DNA of 64,000 nt, from positions 16,387-80,386 of the forward strand of contig DYLK01000001.1 of the NCBI GenBank assembly GCA_020722065.1. Reading direction: 5' to 3'. A program made the position numbers and the translations under genes. Positions within the stretch are counted from its first letter, which is position 1. Every line of letters starts with the position of its first letter. Under the pieces are notes generated by a model. That model was not told the DNA's origin. It ran no database searches and worked only from the letters and a program-made list of their open reading frames with translations. Positions 40,298 to 50,966 of the stretch are shown here, in pieces. This DNA is from Melioribacter roseus (GTDB taxonomy: Bacteria > Bacteroidota > Ignavibacteria > Ignavibacteriales > Melioribacteraceae).

Positions 40298-42766
40298 TCA
40301 CATCGTGTTTGTTGGGTCAATGTCAATCAGAATTTTAACATCATTAAAACGCGAGTTTTGATTAAATTCAATAAATGAATTGAAAATAGCATCTCGCATT
40401 ATTTTACCATTCGGGTCTTTATTTCTACTACTTTTTACCACAATATGAAATCGAAAATATCCTTTCAACTTGTGAATTGGAGCTTCAACTGGTGAATTTA
40501 TTATAAGATTTTTCTCATATTTTCTCAAAATTTTGTAAAAATCATTAATTGCACCAATTGATTTGCCAGCGACTTCTGATTTACTTTCTATAATTCCAAA
40601 TTTTGTAAATGGCGGATAATTATTCTTTTTTCTAAGATTTATTTCCCGCTCAATAAATCCATCATAATCATTTTCTAATACTTTTTGAAGAACAAAATTC
40701 TTTGGATTTTCTGTCTGAATTACAACTTCTCCCAAAATACTACTTCTACCCGACCGACCCGCAACTTGAGTGAGAAGTTGGAAAGTTCGTTCATCTGCTC
40801 GAAAATCTGGTAACCAAAGTGTAGCTTCCGCCGAAATTACGCCAACAAGTGTAACATGAGGAATATCCAAACCTTTTGAAACCATTTGAGTTCCAACGAG
40901 AATATCAATCTGTTTTTCTCTGAATTTTTTTAACAGATTTCCCATTTTCCCTTTTTTGTTAATTACATCAGAATCAGCTCTTTCAATAATTGCATTTGGA
41001 AAATGGAAAGCGAGCTCATCTTCAACTTTTTGAATTCCAACGCCGTAAAAATTAAGTGAAATTGAACCGCAATTTGTGCAAGCAGTTGGAACTGGCTTCT
41101 TAAAACCGCAATAATGACATTTCAATTCATTTTCATAAATATGATGAACAAGTGAAACCGAACAATTCGGGCAAGTTTCCACATGTTTACAATCTTGACA
41201 AAAAATATTTGTTGCGAATCCACGTCTATTTTGCAAAATAATTACACCTTCTTTCTTTTCAATTCTATCTCGAATTTTAGAAATTAATGTTGTGGATAAA
41301 CTTCCTTCAAGTATTTTTTGTTTTCTTTCTTGCGTTAAATCAACAAATTCAATTAGCGGAAGCGATGCATTGTCGGCTCGTTTTGTTAATTCCAAAAGTT
41401 TGTATTTCCCGATTTGGGCGTTATAAATTGTTTCGACAGAAGGAGTTGCACTCCCAAGAATTACGGGAATATTTTCGATTTTTGCTTTCATAATTGCTAA
41501 ATCGCGAGCGTGATATTTCGGGACAATATCGTTTTGTTTGTAGCTTGAATCGTGTTCTTCGTCAACAATTACGATTCCCAAATTGTTTAGCGGCGTAAAT
41601 AATGCTGAACGTGGACCAATTATTACAGAATATTTTCCTTTTAAAACTCCTCGCCAAACATCGTAACGTTCGCCAACTGAAATGCGACTGTGGAAAATTG
41701 CAACTTTTTCGCCGAATTCGTTTGTAAATCTGCTTGCAATTTGCGGAGTAAGAGAAATTTCTGGCACAAGAATTATTGCTGTTTTCTCATTTTTTATTAC
41801 TGATTTTGTGAGTTCAATGTAAACTTGCGTTTTTCCACTTCCTGTAATTCCTTTCAGCAAAAAAGGTTGAAATTCACTTTTCAAAATGTACTTTTCTACT
41901 TCAGATATTACCTTTACTTGTTCCTCATTTAGATTAATTTGCTTTGAATTTTCGCTATATGTTTCTATGTGCTTTCGCTCAACTTCTTTATCATAGATTT
42001 GAATAAAATTTTTCTCTTGAAGTGATTTTAGACTTTGCAAATTTGTTTGAGTCTTTTCGAGAATTTCTTTAACAGATTTTTCACTTGATTGAGTAGCAAT
42101 AAAAAGTAGCAAAATAGCTTGTTTTGGGGATTTTTTTTCAAGAAGTGAAATTTCATCGCCAATATCTTCTTTTAAAATTAGACTTCGAACATATTTTTCA
42201 GTCTTAACTTTTACTTTTGGTTTTTCAATTTCATCAATTATCGAAATTGCTCCATCTTTTTCTAAAGTGCGTAAAATTCCATAAATATTCTTTCTTTTTA
42301 ACCTTTTCTGTAAAGTAGAAAGTGTGTGTACTTCTTTTTCAATTAGAATTTCAAGCAATTCTTGTTTGATTTTCGTTTTGATTTTTTCTTTCAGCAATTC
42401 TCTACAATAATCTTGCGAAACAACAATTTTTCTTTTAGTCTCAAAATCAGTTCCACTTGGGAAAGAATTTACAAGCGATTCACCAAGTGAACTTATATAA
42501 TATTCCGAAATCCATTTGTAAAAATCCAATTGTTTTTGAGTGATAATTGGAACATCATCAAGAATATCAATTATTTTTTTTGGAGGTTTTTCAAGATTAT
42601 GCTCAGTTTCGATAGAAATAATAATCCCAGTAGTAGTTCTTTTTCCAAATGGAACAACAACTCGTTTACCAAATTCTGCAATTTCATCAAATTCAGTAGG
42701 AATCTCGTAAGTAAATGCTTTTCGGGATGGATTAAAAAAAATTACTTTTGCAAACATTTCAGCCAA
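40298..42766 (-). CDS. priA: Primosomal protein N' (replication restart helicase PriA)
   Basis: 822 aa. Motifs GITGSGKTQVY, VDEEHDSSYKQ and the Zn-finger insert CQDCKHVETCPNCSVSLVHH....LKCHYCG.....P..CTNCGS. Confidence 0.95.
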   Translation of the reverse strand: MAEMFAKVIFFNPSRKAFTYEIPTEFDEIAEFGKRVVVPFGKRTTTGIIISIETEHNLEKPPKKIIDILDDVPIITQKQLDFYKWISEYYISSLGESLVNSFPSGTDFETKRKIVVSQDYCRELLKEKIKTKIKQELLEILIEKEVHTLSTLQKRLKRKNIYGILRTLEKDGAISIIDEIEKPKVKVKTEKYVRSLILKEDIGDEISLLEKKSPKQAILLLFIATQSSEKSVKEILEKTQTNLQSLKSLQEKNFIQIYDKEVERKHIETYSENSKQINLNEEQVKVISEVEKYILKSEFQPFLLKGITGSGKTQVYIELTKSVIKNEKTAIILVPEISLTPQIASRFTNEFGEKVAIFHSRISVGERYDVWRGVLKGKYSVIIGPRSALFTPLNNLGIVIVDEEHDSSYKQNDIVPKYHARDLAIMKAKIENIPVILGSATPSVETIYNAQIGKYKLLELTKRADNASLPLIEFVDLTQERKQKILEGSLSTTLISKIRDRIEKKEGVIILQNRRGFATNIFCQDCKHVETCPNCSVSLVHHIYENELKCHYCGFKKPVPTACTNCGSISLNFYGVGIQKVEDELAFHFPNAIIERADSDVINKKGKMGNLLKKFREKQIDILVGTQMVSKGLDIPHVTLVGVISAEATLWLPDFRADERTFQLLTQVAGRSGRSSILGEVVIQTENPKNFVLQKVLENDYDGFIEREINLRKKNNYPPFTKFGIIESKSEVAGKSIGAINDFYKILRKYEKNLIINSPVEAPIHKLKGYFRFHIVVKSSRNKDPNGKIMRDAIFNSFIEFNQNSRFNDVKILIDIDPTNTM

Positions 42767-44924
42767 TTATTGGTTCGTCATTTTGTTGAATTAATTGTGC
42801 TAAAATACGATTTTCTTCTTTGGAAAGAGTAGAATCATTTTCGATAATTGAAAAAGCAGATTTTCTTGCTTGTTCTAAAATCTGGAAATCACGAATTAAA
42901 TCAACATACTTAAAAATAGGCTCGCCACTTTGCCTGAGCCCAAAAATATCACCTTGTCCGCGTAATTTAAGATCGATTTCTGCAAGCAAAAATCCGTCAG
43001 AATTATTTACGATTGCATCTAAACGAATTGCTGTTTTGTGCTTTTCTAATTCTGATTTAGAAAGGAATTCGAGGTCGAAATTATTTGAATTTGGTAAAAT
43101 GTAATTTTCTTTTGTAATTAGAATACAAAATGCTTGTGATTTTCCACGACCAACTCTACCACGTAATTGATGTAATTGCGAAATTCCGAATCGATTTGCT
43201 TCATTTATTAAAATAATATTAGCATTTGGAATGTCCATTCCAACTTCAATCACAGTTGTAGAAACTAGAATCTGAAACTTTCCGTTTGCAAAATCATTCA
43301 TAACTTGTTCTTTTTCAACCCAATTCATTTTCCCGTGAATTAATCCGACAGAATATTCTGAAAAGTACTTTGTTTTTAAGATTTCAAATTGCTCAGTTGC
43401 AGCCTTTAGTTCAATCTTTTCAGATTCATCAACAAGCGGATAAACAATGAAAACTTGCATATTTTCATCGTTAATTTTCTGTTTTACAAAATCATAAATT
43501 GAATCAAGTTTACTTTCATTTCTCAAAACGGTTGTAATTTCCTTTCTCCCTGGTGGTAAATTACGAATTGTTGAAACATCTAAATCACCATAAATTGTAA
43601 GCGAAAGTGTCCGTGGAATTGGAGTTGCCGACATTATTAGAATATTTGGTGAAATTCCTTTTTCTATTAATTTTAAACGTTGTTCAACCCCAAATCGATG
43701 TTGTTCATCAATAATTACAAGTCCCAAGTTTTTGAAAATAATTTTTTCTTGGAAAACTGCGTGAGTGCCAATAATTAAATCAATTTCACCAGAAGCAATT
43801 TCAGATTGGATAATTTTTCTCTCAGATTTAGTTTGACTTCCAAGTAAAAGAGCAATTTTCACATCATTTTCTTTGAATAACGAAATGCTATTTACAAAAT
43901 GCTGATTCGCAAGAATTTCAGTCGGAACCATCAAAACTGCTTGCTTTCCAGATGAAATTGTCATCAAAGCCGAAAGAAAAGCTACAATTGTTTTCCCACT
44001 TCCAACATCGCCTTGTAACAATCTATTCATTGGAATTTGCGATTCCAAATCCAATCTTATTTCGTGTAAAACTTCGAGTTGGTCTTTTGTTAATTGAAAA
44101 GGTAAATTCTTTAGAAAATTATTAATATCACTTGTTTTGAAGGTAATTTTTGATTCAGGTTTTAGTTTCCCCATTAATTTTTTTCGTTTGGCAACACGCA
44201 ATTCAAAAATGAGCAATTCTTCAAATTTCACACGATACCAAGCTTGTTCAAGATCTGCTTTACTTGTTGGAATGTGTATTTTGTTTATCATTTCAACTAA
44301 CGGTAATAAATTATTCTCAGATAAAATAGATTGAGGAAGGTATTCTTCTAATTTTGATGAAAATTCAAGAACGGTTTCTTTTACCAAATTTCGAAAATTT
44401 ATATCGCCGATTTTCTTTTCTCTGAGATCTTTGGGAATTCTATAATATGGAATAATTTTCCCAGTGTTTTTGAATTCGTTAGATTCATTTGTAGTAAGTT
44501 TATCAAAATCGGGGTGAATGAATTGCAGATGACCATATCGGGTAATTTTCGGTTTTGAAGAAATTGCAAAGAAAGTATTTTGTTTGAAAATTGAAGAGAA
44601 GTAGTTAATTCCATTGAAAAAAACTACTTCAAAAAGTCCTTCATTATCAGAAAATATAACTTTTAGTATTTTTTTTTTGAAAGAATTTACAATTTCAGTG
44701 TTTTGAACTTTCCCAATTATTGTTACTTCGGAATCAAATCCATTTGCAACATAATATGCAATTTTTTCACTTGTTAGAATTGAAGTCCTATCGAGATATT
44801 GAAAAGGGAAATAGAATAGTAAGTCGCGAATAGTTACAATTCCATTTTTCTCGAAAACTTTAGAATTTTTTGGCCTAATTGTTTTCAAATACTGAATAGA
44901 TGTTTCCAACCCCTTCAATTTCAA
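42759..44924 (-). CDS. recG: ATP-dependent DNA helicase RecG
   Basis: 721 aa. Motifs FQLTKDQ, LLQGDVGSGKT, IIDEQHRFGV, MSATPIPRT and HQLRGRVGRG. Confidence 0.95.
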   Translation of the reverse strand: MKLKGLETSIQYLKTIRPKNSKVFEKNGIVTIRDLLFYFPFQYLDRTSILTSEKIAYYVANGFDSEVTIIGKVQNTEIVNSFKKKILKVIFSDNEGLFEVVFFNGINYFSSIFKQNTFFAISSKPKITRYGHLQFIHPDFDKLTTNESNEFKNTGKIIPYYRIPKDLREKKIGDINFRNLVKETVLEFSSKLEEYLPQSILSENNLLPLVEMINKIHIPTSKADLEQAWYRVKFEELLIFELRVAKRKKLMGKLKPESKITFKTSDINNFLKNLPFQLTKDQLEVLHEIRLDLESQIPMNRLLQGDVGSGKTIVAFLSALMTISSGKQAVLMVPTEILANQHFVNSISLFKENDVKIALLLGSQTKSERKIIQSEIASGEIDLIIGTHAVFQEKIIFKNLGLVIIDEQHRFGVEQRLKLIEKGISPNILIMSATPIPRTLSLTIYGDLDVSTIRNLPPGRKEITTVLRNESKLDSIYDFVKQKINDENMQVFIVYPLVDESEKIELKAATEQFEILKTKYFSEYSVGLIHGKMNWVEKEQVMNDFANGKFQILVSTTVIEVGMDIPNANIILINEANRFGISQLHQLRGRVGRGKSQAFCILITKENYILPNSNNFDLEFLSKSELEKHKTAIRLDAIVNNSDGFLLAEIDLKLRGQGDIFGLRQSGEPIFKYVDLIRDFQILEQARKSAFSIIENDSTLSKEENRILAQLIQQNDEPIIG

Positions 44925-45919
44925 TATTCCGGCTTTATTTCTCGTGTCATTAATTCATAAGTAACAAAAGCTGGGTCTGCATCATTAAATAAAATGTTGT
45001 AAACTGCATTTGAAATTGGGATTTCGATTCCAACTTTTTTTGCTAATTCAATTACTGATTTAGAAGTTTCTACTCCTTCGGCAACCATCGACATTTTTTT
45101 CAAAACATCTTTCAATTTTAGTCCTTTCCCAACTTGTTCGCCGACAAATCTATTTCGGCTGTGCTTACTCATACAAGTTACAATCAAATCGCCCATTCCT
45201 GAAAGACCTTTGAATGTTTCATTTTTAGCACCGAAAACCAAACCCAATCTTGTTATTTCAGCAATAGCTCTTGTCATAATTGCTGCTTTTGTGTTATCGC
45301 CATATCCAAGTCCATCAATTATTCCAGCACCGATTGCAATCACATTTTTGAAAGCAGCACCAAGTTCAACGCCGATTAAATCGGTTGAAGGATAAACCCG
45401 AAAATAAGTATTCATAAATGCGGCTCGAATAAGTTCGGCTGTATTTTCTGTTTCTGCAGCAGCAACTACAGCAGTTGGAATTTTGCGGCTTACTTCTTCC
45501 GCGTGACTTGGACCAGAAAGCACACCGATATTCTCATGTGGAATATCTTTAATTATATCTCTGATAATTCCTGTTACTGTGAGTAGTGTATCTTTTTCAA
45601 TTCCTTTAGAAACACTTACTAAAATTGTATTTCTAAAATCCTTTTTTTTCATTTTTTCAAGAACACTTCTTACAAATTGAGTAGGGACAGCCATTACGAG
45701 CATTTGGCGTTCATCAATTGCATCATTAAGATTGTAGGTTATTTCAATTTCATCTGGGATTTTAATGCCTGGGAGAAGGACAGAATTTTCTCTGTATTTA
45801 TTTAATTTTCTTGCAACACTTTTATCATATTCCCATAGAATTACTTCATTTCCGTTATTAGCGAGTAATATTGCTAAAGTAGTTCCCCAACTTCCTGCTC
45901 CAATTACTGAAATTTTCAT
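44921..45919 (-). CDS. gpsA: NAD(P)H-dependent glycerol-3-phosphate dehydrogenase
   Basis: 332 aa. Motifs ISVIGAGSWGTTLA, SKGIE, GPSHAEEV, KNVIAIGAG and SRNR..G. Confidence 0.95.
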   Translation of the reverse strand: MKISVIGAGSWGTTLAILLANNGNEVILWEYDKSVARKLNKYRENSVLLPGIKIPDEIEITYNLNDAIDERQMLVMAVPTQFVRSVLEKMKKKDFRNTILVSVSKGIEKDTLLTVTGIIRDIIKDIPHENIGVLSGPSHAEEVSRKIPTAVVAAAETENTAELIRAAFMNTYFRVYPSTDLIGVELGAAFKNVIAIGAGIIDGLGYGDNTKAAIMTRAIAEITRLGLVFGAKNETFKGLSGMGDLIVTCMSKHSRNRFVGEQVGKGLKLKDVLKKMSMVAEGVETSKSVIELAKKVGIEIPISNAVYNILFNDADPAFVTYELMTREIKPEY

Positions 45920-46578
45920 TTATTTTTCTTTACTTTTATTTTTGTCTCATTCCCGTTAATTAATCGAACAATATTTTTTTTATGAGTAAAAATTACAATT
46001 GAAGAAATCAAAATTATAAATGGCAACAAAGTGGTATAACTTTGAATATTTACATTAAAAATATTTTCTCGAATAATCATTATAAATGGCAAAGAAAATG
46101 CAGCAATAATTGAAGCAAGAGAAACATATTTAGATACGAATACTACAAAAAAGAAAATTGCAAAAGCAAGTAGTACATCAACTGTAACAATTCCTAAAAG
46201 AAAACCAAGTGCAGTTGCAACACCTTTTCCACCTTTAAAACCTGCAAAAATTGTCCAAATGTGGCCCAAAACAGTTGAAATTCCAGCAATTATTTGAACA
46301 ACAGCAAAATCATTAAAAATTGTTTCATGCTGAAAAAGTGAATCTGAGAGATAAATTCTTGAAATTACTAAAACCGCAAATGTCCCTTTTAATGAATCAA
46401 TAACCATAACTAAAATACCATATTTCCAACCAAGGACACGTAAAGTATTTGTTCCACCAGCATTTCCACTTCCGTGATTTCGAATGTCAATTCCTTTTAC
46501 TTTTTTTGCAACTATAATGCTTGTTGGTATTGAACCAACTAAATAAGATAAAATAATGATAACAAATAAGTTTAGCAT
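45916..46578 (-). CDS. plsY: Glycerol-3-phosphate acyltransferase PlsY
   Basis: The track ORF extends to 46623. The likely start is ATG 46578 (MLNLFVIIILSYLVGSIPTS). Motifs HGSGNAGGTN and FKGGKGVAT. Confidence 0.92.
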   Translation of the reverse strand: MLNLFVIIILSYLVGSIPTSIIVAKKVKGIDIRNHGSGNAGGTNTLRVLGWKYGILVMVIDSLKGTFAVLVISRIYLSDSLFQHETIFNDFAVVQIIAGISTVLGHIWTIFAGFKGGKGVATALGFLLGIVTVDVLLAFAIFFFVVFVSKYVSLASIIAAFSLPFIMIIRENIFNVNIQSYTTLLPFIILISSIVIFTHKKNIVRLINGNETKIKVKKNK

Positions 46579-46675
46579 AAAACCTCGTAAAATTTGGGGT
46601 TGAATATAAAACAGGAAAATCAAATTACCAAATGTAATTGAATAGAAAATGTTTTAGTTCCTTCAAATTGAATAA

Positions 46676-46707
46676 TTTGTAATTCGAAAAGTGAAAATCT
46701 ATATTTG
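46676..46707 (+). promoter_or_regulatory. Bacteroidetes-type sigma-A promoter for mutS (TTTG-N20-TATATTTG)
   Basis: TTTG at 46676-46679 and TATATTTG at 46700-46707 match the -33 TTTG / -7 TAnnTTTG consensus with 20-nt spacing. The -7 box ends 33 nt upstream of the mutS ATG. Confidence 0.45.
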
Positions 46708-46740
46708 CTTACTTTTTTTTGAAAATTACTCGAAAGCAAA

Positions 46741-49350
46741 ATGTCTCAGACGCCTTTAATGTCTCAATATTTTAAGATTAAATCTGATTATCCAGATACA
46801 GTTATACTTTTTCGCGTTGGCGATTTTTTTGAAACATTTGACGAAGATGCAAAAACTGCATCAAAAGTATTAGGGATTACACTCACAAAACGTTCAAACG
46901 GAAAAGCAAGTTCAGTTCCGCTTGCGGGGTTTCCACATCACGCAATAGATGCTTACTTACCCAAATTAATTCGAGCTGGTTTTCGAGTTGCAATTTGCGA
47001 ACAAGTAGAAAATCCAAAATTTGCAAAAGGTTTAGTAAAAAGAGAAGTGATTGAGCTTGTTACTCCTGGAGTTGTCCTTTCTGATAAAATGCTTGAACAT
47101 AATAAAAATAATTTTTTGATGGCGATTTATTTTGGTGAAAAAAATGTTGGAATTTCATTTGCCGATATTTCAACTGCGGAATTCTATTCATACGAAGTTG
47201 AGTTTGAAAAATTAGCCGATCAATTTTCCCTAATAAATCCGTCAGAAATTCTAATTTCGAAGGGACAAAAGGATGAGCTCGAAAAATTCTCAAAAATTAA
47301 ATATGATGGAATTAGAATAACAAGAATTGAAGATTGGTTTTTTGATTTTGATTTTGCAAATGATTTGCTGAAGCAACATTTTAATGTAAAAACATTAAAA
47401 GGATTTGGAATAGAAAGCCAAAATGCAGGAATAATTGCTTCTGGAATTGTGTTAAATTATCTTAAAGAAACGCAAAAAGCTAATATCCCACATATTCGAA
47501 AAATATCTTTGTATAATCCTTCTGATTTTATGTCGCTTGATAATTCTACCAAACGCAATTTGGAAATTATTTCGAATATGCAGAATTCACAAAAAGAAGG
47601 TTCGTTAATAAATGTTATGGATAAAACAAAAACTGCAATGGGCGGAAGATTACTGAAAAAATGGATAACTTCACCGTTAACAAATCTTCAAATGTTATTA
47701 ATTCGGCAAAACTCAGTTGCTAATTTGTTCGAAAAATCAACTTTACGAAAGAATTTACAAGAAGAATTAAAAGAAATTGCAGATTTGGAACGACTAATTT
47801 CTCGAATCAGTACTTTGCGAGCAACTCCGCGAGAATTAGTGAGTTTGAAATTATCACTCAGAAAAATACCACTTTTGAAACAGTTACTCGACCAAGTAGA
47901 AGATGAAAATCTGAAGAAAATTAATTTAGAATTAGATGAATTACAGGAAACAACTGAATTGATTGAAAAATCAATAAGCGATTTTCCACCACTTTCAATT
48001 GCAGATGGCGATATAATAAGAAGTGGTTATAATTCTGAATTAGATGAATTACGAGATATTTCGAAAAATGCGAAAAAATGGATTTCTAATTTGCAGGAGA
48101 AAGAACGCCAAATTACCGAAATTCCCTCGCTGAAAGTTAGTTACAACAAAGTATTTGGATATTATATTGAAATTTCAAATGCTCATAAAAATAAAATTCC
48201 AGAAAATTACATTCGAAAGCAAACGCTTGTTAATGCTGAAAGATATATTACTCCCGATTTGAAAGAATGGGAAGAAAAAATTTTGAATTCACATGAAAAA
48301 ATTTTGGAATTGGAAACTGAATTATTTAATCAAATTAGAAAATCTGTTGCCGAACAAACCGAAATTATTCAAAATAATGGAAAGTTGATTTCAGAATTGG
48401 ATTGTTATCTTTCGTTAGCCGAAGTTGCTGAGGAATTTAATTATGTTCGTCCAAAATTGAGCGAAAATGACGAAATTATAATTAAAAATGGACGACATCC
48501 TGTTGTAGAGCAAATTCTGAAAGAAGGTGAAAAGTTCATTTCAAATGATTGTCGATTGGATAATCAGAAAAATCAGATAATTATTCTAACTGGTCCAAAT
48601 ATGGCTGGAAAATCAGTTTATCTTCGCCAAATCGGTTTAATTGTTTTACTAGCACAAATTGGTTCGTTTGTCCCAGCTGATTTTGCTGAAATTGGGATTG
48701 TAAATAGAATTTACACTCGAGTTGGTGCGAGTGATAATATTTCAGCTGGTGAATCTACTTTCCTTGTTGAAATGCAAGAAGCCGCGAATATCCTTAATAA
48801 TGCGACAAATAAAAGTCTGATTTTACTTGATGAAATTGGACGAGGAACAAGTACTTTTGATGGAATTTCAATAGCTTGGTCAATTACCGAGTTTTTGCAC
48901 GAAAATCCAAAAGTTGCAGCAAAAACACTATTTGCAACTCATTATCACGAATTAAATGAAATGGCTGAAATTTTTCCGCGGATAAAGAATATGCGAGTTG
49001 AAGTGAAAGAACACGGCGATAAAGTAATTTTCCTACATAAAGTATCTGAAGGTAGTGCCGACCATAGCTACGGAATTCAAGTTGCTCAAATGGCTGGGTT
49101 GCCGAAAATAGTTACAAATCGAGCAAAAGAAATTCTAAATAATCTGGAAAGCAAAGAACTTACTCCTTATGAAATAAAGCAGAAAAAAATTTCAAAATAT
49201 CATAATAACAATGATCAATACACACTTTTTGAATATCGAGATGATGATTTAAGGAAAGAGATTTCTGATTTAACAATTGAAAATTTAACTCCAATTCAAG
49301 CTTTGAATAAACTTAACGAACTTCATACTAAAGCAAAGGAAAATACATGA
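46741..49350 (+). CDS. mutS: DNA mismatch repair protein MutS
   Basis: 869 aa. Motifs TPLM.QY..IK, F.R.GDF.E.F, GPNMAGKS, DEIGRGTSTFDG and THYHEL. Confidence 0.97.
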   Translation: MSQTPLMSQYFKIKSDYPDTVILFRVGDFFETFDEDAKTASKVLGITLTKRSNGKASSVPLAGFPHHAIDAYLPKLIRAGFRVAICEQVENPKFAKGLVKREVIELVTPGVVLSDKMLEHNKNNFLMAIYFGEKNVGISFADISTAEFYSYEVEFEKLADQFSLINPSEILISKGQKDELEKFSKIKYDGIRITRIEDWFFDFDFANDLLKQHFNVKTLKGFGIESQNAGIIASGIVLNYLKETQKANIPHIRKISLYNPSDFMSLDNSTKRNLEIISNMQNSQKEGSLINVMDKTKTAMGGRLLKKWITSPLTNLQMLLIRQNSVANLFEKSTLRKNLQEELKEIADLERLISRISTLRATPRELVSLKLSLRKIPLLKQLLDQVEDENLKKINLELDELQETTELIEKSISDFPPLSIADGDIIRSGYNSELDELRDISKNAKKWISNLQEKERQITEIPSLKVSYNKVFGYYIEISNAHKNKIPENYIRKQTLVNAERYITPDLKEWEEKILNSHEKILELETELFNQIRKSVAEQTEIIQNNGKLISELDCYLSLAEVAEEFNYVRPKLSENDEIIIKNGRHPVVEQILKEGEKFISNDCRLDNQKNQIIILTGPNMAGKSVYLRQIGLIVLLAQIGSFVPADFAEIGIVNRIYTRVGASDNISAGESTFLVEMQEAANILNNATNKSLILLDEIGRGTSTFDGISIAWSITEFLHENPKVAAKTLFATHYHELNEMAEIFPRIKNMRVEVKEHGDKVIFLHKVSEGSADHSYGIQVAQMAGLPKIVTNRAKEILNNLESKELTPYEIKQKKISKYHNNNDQYTLFEYRDDDLRKEISDLTIENLTPIQALNKLNELHTKAKENT

Positions 49351-49985
49351 AAAAGTTAGTGCTTTTATCAATTTTATCGTTTTTGTTTTTGGGAATTATT
49401 GGTTGCCAAAAATCATATACAAAAGAAGAAAAGCAATATATTGCCATTATCGAAAAAGAAAGAGCTGAAAAAGATAAATGGATGGAAGAAAGTGAATATT
49501 CTCCATTTAATTACAAGAAAAAAATAGAGTTTCACCCACTAAAATATTATGATGTTGACCCAGAATTTATATTTAAGACGAAGTTGTATGAATATCCCCA
49601 AAAGGATAGTTTAACAATTTTTGGAACAAAAGGGGAAGCACGACCGACAATTCGATTTGGTTATATCAAAATATATTATGGTGGGAAATATTACAAAATA
49701 AATGTTTATCAAAGTAAAAGTCGCCAAACTGATGCAAGTGGAAATCCAATTACTTATTATAGTATTTGGTTTACTGATAGAACAACAAATAATGAAACTT
49801 ATGGCGTAGGTAGATATTTGGATTTTGAACGAGTTGAAGATAAAAATTTCATTTACATAGTAGATTTTAATAAAGCTTATAATCCATATTGTGCTTATAG
49901 TGCAGAATATTCATGTGCAATTCCTACGAAAGAGGATTTTATCGATTTAGCAATCGAAGCAGGCGAGAAGAAATATCACGAATAA
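49347..49985 (+). CDS. DUF1684-domain lipoprotein
   Basis: 212 aa with signal ..FLFLGIIGC. It has NETYGVGRYLDF and DFNKAYNPYCAYS..YSCAIP, characteristic of DUF1684. Confidence 0.7.
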   Translation: MKKLVLLSILSFLFLGIIGCQKSYTKEEKQYIAIIEKERAEKDKWMEESEYSPFNYKKKIEFHPLKYYDVDPEFIFKTKLYEYPQKDSLTIFGTKGEARPTIRFGYIKIYYGGKYYKINVYQSKSRQTDASGNPITYYSIWFTDRTTNNETYGVGRYLDFERVEDKNFIYIVDFNKAYNPYCAYSAEYSCAIPTKEDFIDLAIEAGEKKYHE

Positions 49986-50096
49986 ATTTCAGTATTAAAA
50001 AAATATAAACGAATTTTTACCATTTGTGGTAAACTTTAGCGTTTTTTGTATGAATTTCTTTTTAATATAGAATAGAAAGATGATGGAAGAGCTATT

Positions 50097-50309
50097 TTAT
50101 TTCTTTTTATCGTCTGGAATTTCTTCAAACTCAGCTTCGATAATATCTTCTTTGTTGATTTCTAATTTGTTTTTATCTGTTGGAATAATTTCTTCAAAAT
50201 TATTTTGTTGATTCTTTTGAGTAAATCTGAATATGAAGAATAACTTAAAAATTAGTTTTAATAAGTAATAAATTCCAAATACTAAAATTAAAGTTCCTAA
50301 AAAGCCCAT
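50097..50309 (-). CDS. Small membrane protein, DUF4834-like
   Basis: 70 aa with one N-terminal TM helix (GFLGTLILVFGIYYLLKLIF) and an acidic tail (IIEAEFEEIPDD), as in FCB DUF4834 proteins. Confidence 0.5.
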   Translation of the reverse strand: MGFLGTLILVFGIYYLLKLIFKLFFIFRFTQKNQQNNFEEIIPTDKNKLEINKEDIIEAEFEEIPDDKKK

Positions 50310-50310
50310 T

Positions 50311-50955
50311 TTAACCTAAAGTTTTCGGATTAAAATATTCGATAAAGCCACGATCTTCCCTGAAAATATGATTAAACAATTGGTCAAAATCAGCTTGATT
50401 ATTTACAAAATCGATTTCTGTAGTATTTACAATTAATAAAGGAGTTGTGTTATATCGAAAAAAATAATTGTTATAAATTTCGTTAAGGCTTTCAATATAA
50501 TTTCTTGGAATATTTCTTTCAAAAGGACGTTTCCTTTTTTTAATATTGTACATCAACCTATCTACGCTTGAATGTAAATAAATAACTAAATCTGGTTTCT
50601 GAATATTTTTTTCAAGAGTAGGGAAAATTGATTCGTAAAGTTTTAATTCTTCGTTATGCAAATTGATTTTTGCGAATAATTTGTCTTTTGCAAAAATGTA
50701 ATCAGCTACCAAAAATTCGTTAAATAAATCACCCTGTGAAATTTCTTCTTGTTGTTTATATCTATTTATCAAGAAAAACATTTGAGTCTGAAAAGCAAAC
50801 TTATCTCTATTAGAATAAAAATTTTCGAGGAAAGGATTTGTCTCAAATTCCTCGAGAATAAGTTTAGCGTTTAATTTCTCAGCAAGTAATTTAGCAAGCG
50901 ATGTTTTTCCAACGCCTATCACACCTTCAATAGCAATGTATTTAATTTCTTTCAA
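50311..50955 (-). CDS. Deoxynucleoside kinase
   Basis: 214 aa. The P-loop is IAIEGVIGVGKTSLAKLL. Motifs E.F..NPFL..FY, FQ.Q..FL..R and DRL..NI..R.R..E follow the dNK family pattern. Confidence 0.88.
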   Translation of the reverse strand: MKEIKYIAIEGVIGVGKTSLAKLLAEKLNAKLILEEFETNPFLENFYSNRDKFAFQTQMFFLINRYKQQEEISQGDLFNEFLVADYIFAKDKLFAKINLHNEELKLYESIFPTLEKNIQKPDLVIYLHSSVDRLMYNIKKRKRPFERNIPRNYIESLNEIYNNYFFRYNTTPLLIVNTTEIDFVNNQADFDQLFNHIFREDRGFIEYFNPKTLG

Positions 50956-50966
50956 CTCTTTCTCAA

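Noticed and set aside
44669-44678. A T10 (A10 on the coding strand) homopolymer inside recG, considered as a slipped-strand switch.
   Set aside because: It encodes a plain KKK stretch in an essential-type repair gene, the reading frame is intact, and homopolymers of this length are common in AT-rich genomes.
50016-50033. The hairpin TTTACCA-tttg-TGGTAAA between the convergent DUF1684 and DUF4834-like genes, considered as a bidirectional terminator.
   Set aside because: The stem is only 7 bp and AT-rich. The T-run is 9 nt away on the plus strand and absent on the minus strand, so it is too weak to call.
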